The notes under the pieces are model-generated. The model had not been told where the DNA came from and made no database searches. It worked only from the letters and a program-made list of their open reading frames with translations. From the NCBI GenBank assembly GCA_040752695.1, contig JBFMGO010000006.1:35568-99567 (forward strand): 64,000 nt of DNA. Direction: 5' to 3'. Shown here one piece after another: positions 20,052-29,936 of the stretch (its first letter is position 1; every line of letters begins with the position of its first letter). This DNA comes from a bacterium (GTDB taxonomy: Bacteria; SZUA-182; DTGQ01). A program made the translations under genes and the position numbers.

Positions 20052-23000
20052 ATGGCTGCGTATTTGATGCGCCGTGTACTCAGTAACTCGGCAAGTGTGC
20101 ATGCAACCGTGATCAACTCCAAGGCTCAGTTGATGAAATTCCTGTTGATAAGACAGATGATAAGAGGGGCACAGGTAAACAGGCATCTGGGAAGCCTGTT
20201 CCCTGACCTTTCCTCAAACGCTCTTCTCCGCCTGGCATCAAGGGCATTGATAGTGCCAATAATATTCGTAATGTCAATGACATCGATCGTATCACTTGTA
20301 TCAATGATATCACTGGCGCCTGGGGTCGGCCTCTGTGCCTGCCTAAGACCAATCACCGTGCAGGAGATAAAGAAAGCACTGGACCTTCGAGACCTCGGTA
20401 TCTCAGATGAGATACTGGATTCTCTCTTGAATCAGGAATCGAGTCCTGGGACAACTTATCGCAGTATGGCGGAAGTCGCTCATGTGGAGCTGTCATATGC
20501 TGCGTATCTGCGCCAGAGAAATCTTCATTCCGCACTGTCTCTCCTGGAGGGTATAAGCGATGTGAATGAGTGGCTCCGAAGGTCTGCTGATTTTGCCGGG
20601 ATGGGTACAGTTCGAATTGACGCAGCACGAGCCGGAGCGGCACGGAACAATGCAAATCAAACCAGAGCAAATCAAACCAGAGCAGCTCAAGATGGAACAA
20701 CTCAAGATGGAGCATTACAAGCCGGAGAGATAGCACAAGCTATCATGGCTCAAACCGGCACCTCCGCTTGTGTGGGACTGGTGAGCAGTATGCTGGGATA
20801 CAGTCAGGCTGACCCTTTCGACGGTCATGATTCGAACGATATTCCTCTCCTTAACGAGGTCGTAAGCCGATACCTGGCTCTACGGGGATACGATGAGGGA
20901 GGGGGTGAGGGAAGCGAAGATGACAGGTCTGCCTGGCAAAAGGTAAAAGATGCCTATAGGACCAGCAGATATTTTACCATGCATGAGCCCAAAATTCATG
21001 CTCTAGCCGAACACTCCTGGGTAGCCACCTACCGTGAGGCGGATATCAGGCAATTTGTTCAGGCTTTAAGCCAGCAAATAAAGGGTCTGACAGCAAGATA
21101 TAAAGCATATGAGTCAGGGCAGAATATCGGGATTTTCACCACCAGTGACCTTTCGGCCAGGGTGTTTAATTATGGTGACGATTGTATCTCCAATATTATC
21201 CTCAGGGGCCGGGCCAGTCATCAGCCTGTACCGGCATATCAGCCTGAGACAGGGAATCAGCCGGTGCGAGTGAATCAACCGATGTCAGGGAATTGGCCTG
21301 AAGCGATGTATCAGCCGGCACCGGATCATCGATCGGCACCAAGGTATCTAAAGACGCCGGGGTACCTCCTTGAGACCACCACCGGGCCGGAGACGAGGAT
21401 CTGCGGAAAAAGCAGCAGCGATATTTTTTTCAATGGCGGCATAAGCACGGTAAGTTCCCTGGATTTTCTCATTATGGGCACGCAGGTGAGCATCCCCTTT
21501 TCCCCAGATCCTGTCCTCCCGGATTTTTCTTTCAGAACGCTCTCATCAACCGAACATGCACCGAAAGAAGTCTACCTGAATGCCTTATCACATACCATAG
21601 CTTCTCAAGGGTACGCTGTTAATGGTTATCTCTGGGATTTCGGGGATGGGACCCCGGTCAGGGCCGGGGGTGAAATGACTCATATTTACGCCAGACCAGG
21701 AGAATATACCCTGACCCTGACCGTAATCCTATCCAATGGCCTCACCAGAACCATTCAAAAGAAAATTGACGTTTTGAATCCGGTAACAGCGTATTTCACT
21801 TCAAATTCAAAAACCAATTCCAAGGCACATGATCCTTCATCCGGCGATCAATGGGAGGGCTGGGCTCCCCTGACGGTCAGTTTCGATGCCTCCGGATCTT
21901 CTCATCTTACGGGATCGATAACCGGTTATCATTGGGATTTCGGTGATAAGTGCCAGGGGGTTGGACGAACCGTCAGTCATACTTTTACTCTTCCCGGAAG
22001 GTATGAAGTTACCCTGACTATTTCGGACAGGAACAATAATGCTGATACCATGAAAAGATCCCTTACGGTACTCAATCCCATTCAACCGGACTTTTTGGTG
22101 TTACCGGGTTCAGGCCCGGCCTTGACGAATTTTACCTTCGATGCCTCAAAATCCTCCTCCCGTCTGGGTAAAATTGTCTCTTATGAGTGGGATTTCGGCG
22201 ATGAAGATACTAAAGCCGGCCCGATGGCAACCGGACCACAGTCGAGCGGCCTGCAAGAGACAGGACCGTGGCTGAGCGGCCCACAAGCGACCGAACCGTG
22301 GCTGAGCGGACAACGAGCGACAGGATCACAGCCGAGCGGCCCACAAGCGACCGGACCACGGGTAACCCACCAGTATGGCAGCAATGGATATAAAACCGTC
22401 ACGCTGACGGTACAAAATGAACAGGGAATATCGGCACGAATAAAAAAGCCGGTCACTGTAGGCACCGGAATCAGTGCGTTTATCTCTAACCAGACGATCG
22501 ACTGTGATACCGTATGGTCTCCATATCATATTTATGTGCTTTCAGGAAGCATTACCATAGCTGAAGGCGCTACATTGACCATAGAACCGGGAACCGTAAT
22601 CAAGGGAGGGAATCAATCGAGCAGGCTTATCGTCAACGGGGCTTTGGTGGCCAGGGGCACGAAGCGGGCACCGGTAATCTTTACCTCTTTCCGGGACGAT
22701 ATCTTCGGGGGAGACACGAACGCTGACAGCAGCGCCTCTGTGCCCGCAGCCGGTGATTGGGACGGGATTTATTTTTACAGCACCAGCACTGATTCTGCCT
22801 GTGTCCTGGATCATTGCCTTATCAAGTATGCAGGCTACGGGAGTCAGGGCTGCGGCATCTCTTGTAAAGGTGCTTCACCTGTCATAAGCAATTGCATGAT
22901 CAGCCATAACCGCACTTACGGAGTGAGGCTCAAGAGTGCCTCTCCTGCCATAAGCAATTGCACCATCGCTCAGAACAGCCACTCAGGGGTTTTCATCGAA

Positions 23001-24935
23001 GGCGATTCAAGCGCGGTCATAACCGGATGCAACATTTATCATAACAGTGTCTACGGCATCTGCTCCTTCAGCACGGCAACTGTGCACATCAGGCGCAATA
23101 CCTTTGCAGGCAACGGCTCTTACGCAGTCTATCTATGCTGCACCAGTGGCATTTCCACTGCCGATAATACCATAAGCGACTACGGTGGAGGAATATACCT
23201 TTTAGGAACCGTTACCACAGATATGCGGCTTGCCGGCAATCCCGGTTGTCCTTATGTTCTCAATAATCTGACTGTAGCCGAAGGTGCCACCCTGACCATA
23301 GAGCCGGGAGTGGTAATCAAAGGGGATATGCAGGGCGGCAGGCTCGTCATTAATGGGGCTTTGGTGGCTAAAGGCACGGAACTGGCACCGGTTGTCTTTA
23401 CCTCTCTTCGTGATGATGCCTGTGAAGGGGATACGAACAATGACGGCAGGGCTTCACTTCCTGCCGCAGGGGATTGGGACGGAATTTTCTTGTGCAGCAC
23501 GAGAAATGATTCGGCCTGTGTTCTGGACCGTTGCATCATACAATATGCCGGATATGGCAATGAAGGCTGCGCTCTTTCCTTAAGCAATACATCACCTGTC
23601 TTAAGCCATTGCATTATCAACCATAATCGTATCTATGGGCTGCGGATTCAGGGAGCCTCACCCATCATCAGTAATTGTACTATCGCTCACAGCGGTCATT
23701 CAGGCATTCTGAGTGAAGGCAATTCCAATCCTGTTATTATCGGCTGCATTATCCATAGTAACGATACCTATGGGATCTACTCCTTTAGCACATCCTCTCC
23801 ACTCATCGACCGCAATACTTTTTCCGACAATGGCTCCTGTGCAGCCTATCTGTGCTGCGCCAAGGGTATTTCCGTTTCCGGTAATACTGCGACCGGCAGC
23901 GGTGGAAAGATCTGCCTTTTAGGGACAATCACCAACAGCGGCAGGATGGGACATAATCCGAACTGTCCCTATGTTCTCAACAGCCTGACCGTAGCGGAGA
24001 ACGCCAGCCTGACCATAGAGCCGGGAGCAGTGATTAAGGGAGAAAATCAGGCCAGCAGGCTGGTTGTCAATGGAACCCTGGTGGCCAGGGGCACGGAGCG
24101 GGATATGATCGTCTTCACCTCTTTTCGGGACAATGCCTGCGGAAGAGATACGAATCCGGACAGGGCATATGAGGGAGAGAATCTGGCCAGGGCATATGAG
24201 GGAGAAACGAATGATGCCGGGAGCAGCTCTCTTCCCGCTGCCGGAGACTGGGATGGCATCTTTTTTTATGATACCAGCAATGATTCGGCCTGTGTCCTGG
24301 ACCATTGCCTTATCCGGTATGCAGGATACGGCAGCCAGGGCTGCGGCATCTCTCTGATCAGTGCCTCACCAGCTATAAGCCACTGTACGATCAGTCATAA
24401 CCGCGCTTACGGCCTGAGGCTCCAGGACGCATCCAGCCGGATAAGCAACTGTACCATTGCCGATAACGCTCACTCGGGAATCCTGAATGAAGGCAATTCA
24501 TACCCTGCCATCACAGGATGCAATATTCATCATAACAGCGCATATGGGATCTACTCCTGGGGTACGGCAACTCCGCTCATTGATCGTAATACTTTTGCAG
24601 ATAACGGCTCCTATGCAATATCCATGAGTTGTACCGGCAGTATCTCCATTTCCGATAATACCGTAAACGGCAATGGCGGAGGTATTTACCTTTCGGGCGC
24701 GGTCACAGTGGACACTCATCTGGCAAACAATCCGGATTGCCCTTACGTTCTCAATGATTTGACCATTGCCGATGGTGTTACCCTGACCATAGAGCCGGGG
24801 ATAGCGATCAAGGGTGGCCACCAGTGCAGCCAGATGGTCATCAATGGAGCTTCGATGACGACCGGTACCCTTTCCTCTCCCATTATAGAGAACGGGAACA
24901 ACTGGAATGATATACCCATGCTGCGCTGGAGGTAG
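20052..24935 (+). CDS. Large surface/secreted protein: 3 PKD domains plus about 3.5 right-handed parallel beta-helix modules
   Basis: Three WDFGD PKD motifs; repeated TLTIEPG.VIK...FTS.RDD...GDWDGI.F modules with PbH1-like ISNCTIA repeats; true start probably downstream of 20052. Confidence 0.85.
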   Translation: MAAYLMRRVLSNSASVHATVINSKAQLMKFLLIRQMIRGAQVNRHLGSLFPDLSSNALLRLASRALIVPIIFVMSMTSIVSLVSMISLAPGVGLCACLRPITVQEIKKALDLRDLGISDEILDSLLNQESSPGTTYRSMAEVAHVELSYAAYLRQRNLHSALSLLEGISDVNEWLRRSADFAGMGTVRIDAARAGAARNNANQTRANQTRAAQDGTTQDGALQAGEIAQAIMAQTGTSACVGLVSSMLGYSQADPFDGHDSNDIPLLNEVVSRYLALRGYDEGGGEGSEDDRSAWQKVKDAYRTSRYFTMHEPKIHALAEHSWVATYREADIRQFVQALSQQIKGLTARYKAYESGQNIGIFTTSDLSARVFNYGDDCISNIILRGRASHQPVPAYQPETGNQPVRVNQPMSGNWPEAMYQPAPDHRSAPRYLKTPGYLLETTTGPETRICGKSSSDIFFNGGISTVSSLDFLIMGTQVSIPFSPDPVLPDFSFRTLSSTEHAPKEVYLNALSHTIASQGYAVNGYLWDFGDGTPVRAGGEMTHIYARPGEYTLTLTVILSNGLTRTIQKKIDVLNPVTAYFTSNSKTNSKAHDPSSGDQWEGWAPLTVSFDASGSSHLTGSITGYHWDFGDKCQGVGRTVSHTFTLPGRYEVTLTISDRNNNADTMKRSLTVLNPIQPDFLVLPGSGPALTNFTFDASKSSSRLGKIVSYEWDFGDEDTKAGPMATGPQSSGLQETGPWLSGPQATEPWLSGQRATGSQPSGPQATGPRVTHQYGSNGYKTVTLTVQNEQGISARIKKPVTVGTGISAFISNQTIDCDTVWSPYHIYVLSGSITIAEGATLTIEPGTVIKGGNQSSRLIVNGALVARGTKRAPVIFTSFRDDIFGGDTNADSSASVPAAGDWDGIYFYSTSTDSACVLDHCLIKYAGYGSQGCGISCKGASPVISNCMISHNRTYGVRLKSASPAISNCTIAQNSHSGVFIEGDSSAVITGCNIYHNSVYGICSFSTATVHIRRNTFAGNGSYAVYLCCTSGISTADNTISDYGGGIYLLGTVTTDMRLAGNPGCPYVLNNLTVAEGATLTIEPGVVIKGDMQGGRLVINGALVAKGTELAPVVFTSLRDDACEGDTNNDGRASLPAAGDWDGIFLCSTRNDSACVLDRCIIQYAGYGNEGCALSLSNTSPVLSHCIINHNRIYGLRIQGASPIISNCTIAHSGHSGILSEGNSNPVIIGCIIHSNDTYGIYSFSTSSPLIDRNTFSDNGSCAAYLCCAKGISVSGNTATGSGGKICLLGTITNSGRMGHNPNCPYVLNSLTVAENASLTIEPGAVIKGENQASRLVVNGTLVARGTERDMIVFTSFRDNACGRDTNPDRAYEGENLARAYEGETNDAGSSSLPAAGDWDGIFFYDTSNDSACVLDHCLIRYAGYGSQGCGISLISASPAISHCTISHNRAYGLRLQDASSRISNCTIADNAHSGILNEGNSYPAITGCNIHHNSAYGIYSWGTATPLIDRNTFADNGSYAISMSCTGSISISDNTVNGNGGGIYLSGAVTVDTHLANNPDCPYVLNDLTIADGVTLTIEPGIAIKGGHQCSQMVINGASMTTGTLSSPIIENGNNWNDIPMLRWR

Positions 24936-25107
24936 CAAGGCAGCTTTGCTATCATGAAGCGGCATCTATCGGATTGAAGCAAGGCAGATTTGCTCTAGTA
25001 AAGCAGCACCTATTGGATTGTAGCAAGGCAGCATCGATGTAGCGAATCTGCATTGATCGGATTGTGGCAAGGCAGCATTGTTGATGCAGCGAAGCAGCAT
25101 CAGATCC
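24933..25107 (+). repeat. 4 x ~44-bp degenerate tandem repeat starting at the TAG stop
   Basis: TAGCAAGGCAG...ATCGGATTG units at 24933, 24977, 25021 and 25065. Confidence 0.8.
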
Positions 25108-25370
25108 ACCCCGGTGGCCTGGAGATATAGGATTCCCACAATTTCCATAATTCCCGTGATTCCATGGTCGAAGGTCTTGATTTTTCAATCCACTTATGTT
25201 ACCTTGCCTTAGGATAGGTCACTGAGCAGGTATCGTGAGCAAGCTATACAAATAATGGATAATACCTTAATAAATAAAATACTGGAATAATAAACATAAT
25301 GCTGAGCTAATAAACCAGCTACAGAAATAATGAACAAGATATCAGGTTAAGAAGATATCAGGTTAAGGGA

Positions 25371-26891
25371 ATGCTCTTACATCAGCAATTTATTTCAATA
25401 GCCAAAAAATATGGAAACAAGCTTTTCATTATTGACCGCACTATAGGCAAAAGCTTAACATATTCAAGAGCTTTGATTGCATCCTATATTCTAGCTGATA
25501 AGCTCCAAAGATACGAGTCGGGCTTTCTTGGCATCATGATACCGACTTCTTCCGGTTGTGCGCTGTCCATTTTGGGTACTTTAATGAGCGGGCGGACTCC
25601 TGTTATGATTAACTATGCAACCGGGGCAGCTTATAATGCTGAATTTGCCCAAAGAAAGTGCGGTTTTAAAACTATTATAACCTCCAAAGCTCTCCTCAGG
25701 AAGATAAATTGTCGCGTGCTCAAAGGAATGGTCTTTATTGAGGACATCATGGAGAGCGTCTCAACAGTGGATAAAATAAAAGCTGCCGTGAAGTCGAAAT
25801 TACCGATGAAGTTTGTGATGAAAACTATCTCTAAAGGTGACAAAGACGATACCCTGATCGTTTTGTTCACCAGTGGCAGTGAAAAGGAGCCCAAAGCCGT
25901 ACCATTGACTCATCGCAATATTGTTTCGAATATCGAAGGACTTACCCAGGTTTTCAATTTTTCCGAAAAAGATAGTATGCTGGCCAATCTTCCCTATTTC
26001 CACGTATTTGGCCAAACGGCTAATCTTTGGCTGCCCATATATCATGGCATGACAATTATCGCTTACGCTAATCCGCTCGATTATAAAACTATCTGCACTA
26101 TTGCCCGTGAGGAAAAACCAACCTTGCTGGCTGGCACTCCGGCTTTTTTTAAGGGGTATCTTCAAAAATCGGAGCCGGGAGATTTTCAAAGCATCCGTAT
26201 TGCCCTGACTGGTGCTGACCGGTGTCCGGATGCGCTCCTCAAGGGATTTATGGAAAAACATAATTTACCACTGCTCAACGCTTATGGAACTACCGAGACA
26301 TCGCCAGCTATTTCAGTAAATACGCCGGAATTCAACAAGCCTGGAAGTGTCGGCAAGGTACTTCCCAATATGCAGGTGAGAATCGAAAATTATGAGACCG
26401 GCCAGGAATGTGCTGCCGATGAGGTAGGAAGGATTCTGGTCAAGGGCGATTCTGTGATGAAAGGGTACCTTAATGATTTTGAGGAGACCTCAATGCACCT
26501 TCGAAATGGTTGGTATGACACTGGTGATATGGGAATTATGGACGAGGATGGATATCTCTGGCATGCGGGCAGGTTAAGGAGGTTCGTTAAAATCGGGGGG
26601 GAAATGATCTCACTGGTTCGCGTAGAGGATGTCCTGACAAAACTGCTTCCGGAGGATATCTCCTGTTGCGTTGTCGAGGCTCCCGATGCACTGAAAGGTG
26701 CCAAGATAGTTGCCGTGGTTACCCAAAAGATTGACGAAAAACGCATCCTTGAGCAGATGGCTGAGCAACTTCCCAACATTGCACTGCCCAGACAGTTCGT
26801 GGTCATCGAGAACCTCCCAACCATGGATAATATCAAGGTGGATTCCCGGGCCGTTGCAGAAATGGCGCTCAGCAGACTGGGTAAACGATAA
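25371..26891 (+). CDS. AMP-binding acyl-ACP/acyl-CoA synthetase (Aas C-terminal-like)
   Basis: LFTSGSEKEPKAV, LPYFHVFG, YGTTETSP, WYDTGD, GRLRRFVKIGGEMISL. Confidence 0.9.
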   Translation: MLLHQQFISIAKKYGNKLFIIDRTIGKSLTYSRALIASYILADKLQRYESGFLGIMIPTSSGCALSILGTLMSGRTPVMINYATGAAYNAEFAQRKCGFKTIITSKALLRKINCRVLKGMVFIEDIMESVSTVDKIKAAVKSKLPMKFVMKTISKGDKDDTLIVLFTSGSEKEPKAVPLTHRNIVSNIEGLTQVFNFSEKDSMLANLPYFHVFGQTANLWLPIYHGMTIIAYANPLDYKTICTIAREEKPTLLAGTPAFFKGYLQKSEPGDFQSIRIALTGADRCPDALLKGFMEKHNLPLLNAYGTTETSPAISVNTPEFNKPGSVGKVLPNMQVRIENYETGQECAADEVGRILVKGDSVMKGYLNDFEETSMHLRNGWYDTGDMGIMDEDGYLWHAGRLRRFVKIGGEMISLVRVEDVLTKLLPEDISCCVVEAPDALKGAKIVAVVTQKIDEKRILEQMAEQLPNIALPRQFVVIENLPTMDNIKVDSRAVAEMALSRLGKR

Positions 26892-27069
26892 GTGCGCACT
26901 GGACAATTACCACTATGGAATAATGTGCGGGCAGTTGGCAGTGAACAGTAAGCAGTTACCAGCATCCAACTTTCAGCTTGCCGCATCTCAACAACCAGCA
27001 GCCAGCATCTAACTTTCAGCTTCCCGCATTTCGCAGACAGCATCTCACAGCCAGTATCCGACATCCGCG

Positions 27070-27639
27070 CTACCAGACATCACCGCAAAAGTTCTGATAT
27101 TCGCAATCCGCACATTGGCTCCTGTTCCTGGGCTGTATGGGCAGCAGCTCCTTTTTAATCATTTCCCGTATAGAAATCAATATATCGAGAGTCCTTCTTT
27201 TCAGCTCCCTGGTGATATGAAAAACCTCGATATCATGCAATGGGAGCAGGTACACGAATCCCCAGTTAACCAGTATTCCGTAAAGGTCTTCCAGCAGCAG
27301 GGAATAAGCCGTCAACTGATAAAGCTGGCTTTTCGCTGGTTTTTGTCCGGTATTCCTGAATTCTACGGGGAATAAACCCTCCCTGGATTTTACCATGAGA
27401 TCCAACTGGCCGCTCAGCCCCAGCCTCGTAGAAATCAAGGGGACCTGGAATAACCGCTCTCCCTCGTCCAGGTGATATTTTTTTAGCTTGCGCCTGTGTT
27501 CAAGTTTTTCGAAAACATCCTGATAATTACCTGGTATGGGAGGAGAACATTTTTTTTCGAGTGGTAAGATATAGGAAAAAAAAACTACTCTCGGACAGTC
27601 AATGTACTGCTTAACATCGGAAATATTAAAAGTGATCAC
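27070..27639 (-). CDS. cas4: Cas4-family protein with divergent nuclease motifs
   Basis: KQYIDCPR, GLSGQLD, PVEFR, QLTAY and C-terminal CADCEYQNFC (4 Fe-S Cys). Confidence 0.9.
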   Translation of the reverse strand: MITFNISDVKQYIDCPRVVFFSYILPLEKKCSPPIPGNYQDVFEKLEHRRKLKKYHLDEGERLFQVPLISTRLGLSGQLDLMVKSREGLFPVEFRNTGQKPAKSQLYQLTAYSLLLEDLYGILVNWGFVYLLPLHDIEVFHITRELKRRTLDILISIREMIKKELLPIQPRNRSQCADCEYQNFCGDVW

Positions 27640-27818
27640 TTATTCAGTACCTTCTTTCACAAGGGGGCATATAATGCTCTCATGATCCAGCCATAATGAG
27701 GTCACCTGGAATTCTCGAATTCCTTCCATGGTCGCTAACGGCTCCCCTTCCCCCCTTGGAAGAGGGAGAAGAGGAAGTATTCAGGGATAGAGGCATATTA
27801 CTCATTGTTTATTACTCA

Positions 27819-29027
27819 TCAGGCCCACTCTTTGAAGCGAAAGGGCTTATATTTTTTCTCACCCTGGAGAAAAGCGGCCAGACGCCGGGCCTGGATCTGA
27901 ATAATCGATTTGATCCGATATTCTTTCCCTTCATACACTTCACTGGATTCAAGCCGCTCCAGAATTTTTTTGGCAATGGACTGCCGTGTTTCCGGATACA
28001 ATAATCCATTGTGCATGCGACATATTTCCCCCATACTCACCTGGGTAATAATCGGGAGGTCCACAATCGGCTGTCTGAATTCCTTAACCAGGTCCAGCAC
28101 CAGTGAGGATTTGCCCGGCTGGTCCTCTACATGCATAAAACCCGCAAAAGGTTCGAGACCTGCATGCAGGACTGCGCCCCACACTTGTGAATATAAAAGT
28201 CCATATCCATAGTTCAGCATCGCACTCACAATCTGCCCGGCATGCTGGTAGACTCGGCCAAGGAATTCGAATTTAAGGTCAATGATCTTGCTCAGACCAT
28301 CCCAATACATTCTTTCCCCCTCTCCATCGATATCCATCAGTGCAGATCGAACTTCATCGATGTTTTCCCCTTGGATCCTCCTGACTCTTGCCTTCAATAG
28401 CTTGATGGATCGGGCAGCCTCCTGAACCTTTCCAAGCCGCTTTACGTCCTTCTGCCTGAAGGATCTTTGAAAGAACAGGAGGAGTTTTTCCTGGTTATGT
28501 AATGCAACGGTCAGGATGGCTTTACTCAATTCCACCCCCCGCCTGTCCCTGAAAGCCAGGATCTGTTCTCTTCGTGTAATGGTGGTGGAGGTCAGCAGGG
28601 GAGAGGTAATCATGGCGAATGGCTTTCCCATAGAACCCAGGAAGCTGAGCCGGACTCCTTTTTGACACAAGATGGAAATGAGGTCGCTGGAAATGGATAC
28701 TCCCTTTGAGGAAATAATGACCTCATTCATATGAAGCAGGGGAAATTCATAGATCACCTTACCTTGCTTACTTACAATCAGCCGTTCATTCTTTTCCTCA
28801 AGAAACACCCCAAATCCGGAAATGATAAGTTGTGAGGACCTTTCGTTTTTTACCATAGAAAGCCCCTCATCAATGATTACCTCCTCTCCTTCGTCAGGCT
28901 CCCAATGAATTCCGATTGGGATAGGATCTGGCGTATTGGTAAAAAGAGCCAATTGCCGAGGATGATATACCCTTTTGGGTCCCGGTATATGCTCAGGATA
29001 GATCTTGGGTATGGCTTTGGCTTGCAT
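27819..29027 (-). CDS. cas1: Cas1-family protein with N-terminal extension and substituted active site
   Basis: GFGVFL..ERLIV, GVSISSD, TRREQ, LNYGYGLLY, AGLEPFAGFMH, GKSSLVLDLVKEFRQPIVD, IQIQARRLA. Confidence 0.92.
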   Translation of the reverse strand: MQAKAIPKIYPEHIPGPKRVYHPRQLALFTNTPDPIPIGIHWEPDEGEEVIIDEGLSMVKNERSSQLIISGFGVFLEEKNERLIVSKQGKVIYEFPLLHMNEVIISSKGVSISSDLISILCQKGVRLSFLGSMGKPFAMITSPLLTSTTITRREQILAFRDRRGVELSKAILTVALHNQEKLLLFFQRSFRQKDVKRLGKVQEAARSIKLLKARVRRIQGENIDEVRSALMDIDGEGERMYWDGLSKIIDLKFEFLGRVYQHAGQIVSAMLNYGYGLLYSQVWGAVLHAGLEPFAGFMHVEDQPGKSSLVLDLVKEFRQPIVDLPIITQVSMGEICRMHNGLLYPETRQSIAKKILERLESSEVYEGKEYRIKSIIQIQARRLAAFLQGEKKYKPFRFKEWA

Positions 29028-29490
29028 AGCTTTTTTCTCCCTCTCTCCTCAATATGCTATAGAGCCAATTTGGTCTCATTCCTGATTTTGGTATCACTTT
29101 ACCTTTATATATCTATGATGGTCAAATCTTCCTTATCGCCTGATCACCTCCTCAATGATTGACAGGGAAAACTTGAAAACACCTGTCCTGCTGCTTGTCG
29201 TATGGCTGTGTCGTAAACGGTACCCATGGACTTTTTGTAATTCAAGCGGATTCTGAATCATGATCCTGAAATGATTCTATCCAGAGGCAATTATGATCCT
29301 GAAAATCTGTGCCAAATTATTATCACTACAACGAGGCTTCCAAAAGGTAGCATACTCTTCAGAAGAATGGGGGAAAAGCCTTATTGTATTATCATTATAT
29401 CATAATATGGAAAATAAATAAATAGTCATTAAAATATTAAGATAGGAATGATTATTTATTAAATGTAAGCCTTAAGACCTATAGATATAT

Positions 29491-29555
29491 GAAAACAATA
29501 TACGAAAATAATATATGGAAGCAATATTCGAAAGCAATATTCGGAAACAATAAGC
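29491..29555 (+). repeat. 5 x 13-bp AT-rich tandem repeat
   Basis: GAAAACAATATAC / GAAAATAATATAT / GGAAGCAATATTC / GAAAGCAATATTC / GGAAACAATAAGC. Confidence 0.75.
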
Positions 29556-29936
29556 GGCCAGTTACCCCCCTTACCCTAACCCTCTCTCCCCTTCAAAGGG
29601 GCGAGGGGGGCGCCCGCCTGCAAAATAGATTTAATAAAATAAAAATTTATCAAATTCATATATTATAAATTATAATAAGTATTTTGGTATTGACTAAAGA
29701 GCTATCTATATGCTATTTTTTTATACAAGTGACAAATTAGTTTTTCTTATTTTAACTAGTTTATTCAGCAAACAATGAACATTTTGCATCCGTTTGAACC
29801 TATACCTCGGTATGCCATTCATTTTTCAGCCTGTTTGGCACATGTCGCGGAAAATGCCCGGCCGGTTATCGTTACCTTTCCGAGTTTTTTCCATCGCGGT
29901 TAATCATAAAAGAAAGAGAGAAAGAGGTATGCATCT

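Noticed and set aside
27070..29027. Casposon (Cas1-solo transposon)
   Set aside because: No family B polymerase or terminal inverted repeats; the Cas1 resembles CRISPR-type Cas1 and looks catalytically impaired.
29299..29315. sigma54 promoter upstream of cas1 (TTGGCAC on the minus strand)
   Set aside because: The -12 element reads TTCA rather than TTGC, which is too weak to call.
26892..29936. CRISPR array or cas2 near cas1/cas4
   Set aside because: No identical 25-40-bp repeats with unique spacers were seen here or elsewhere in the window, and no Cas2-like ORF; only heptamer, 13-bp and hairpin repeats are present.
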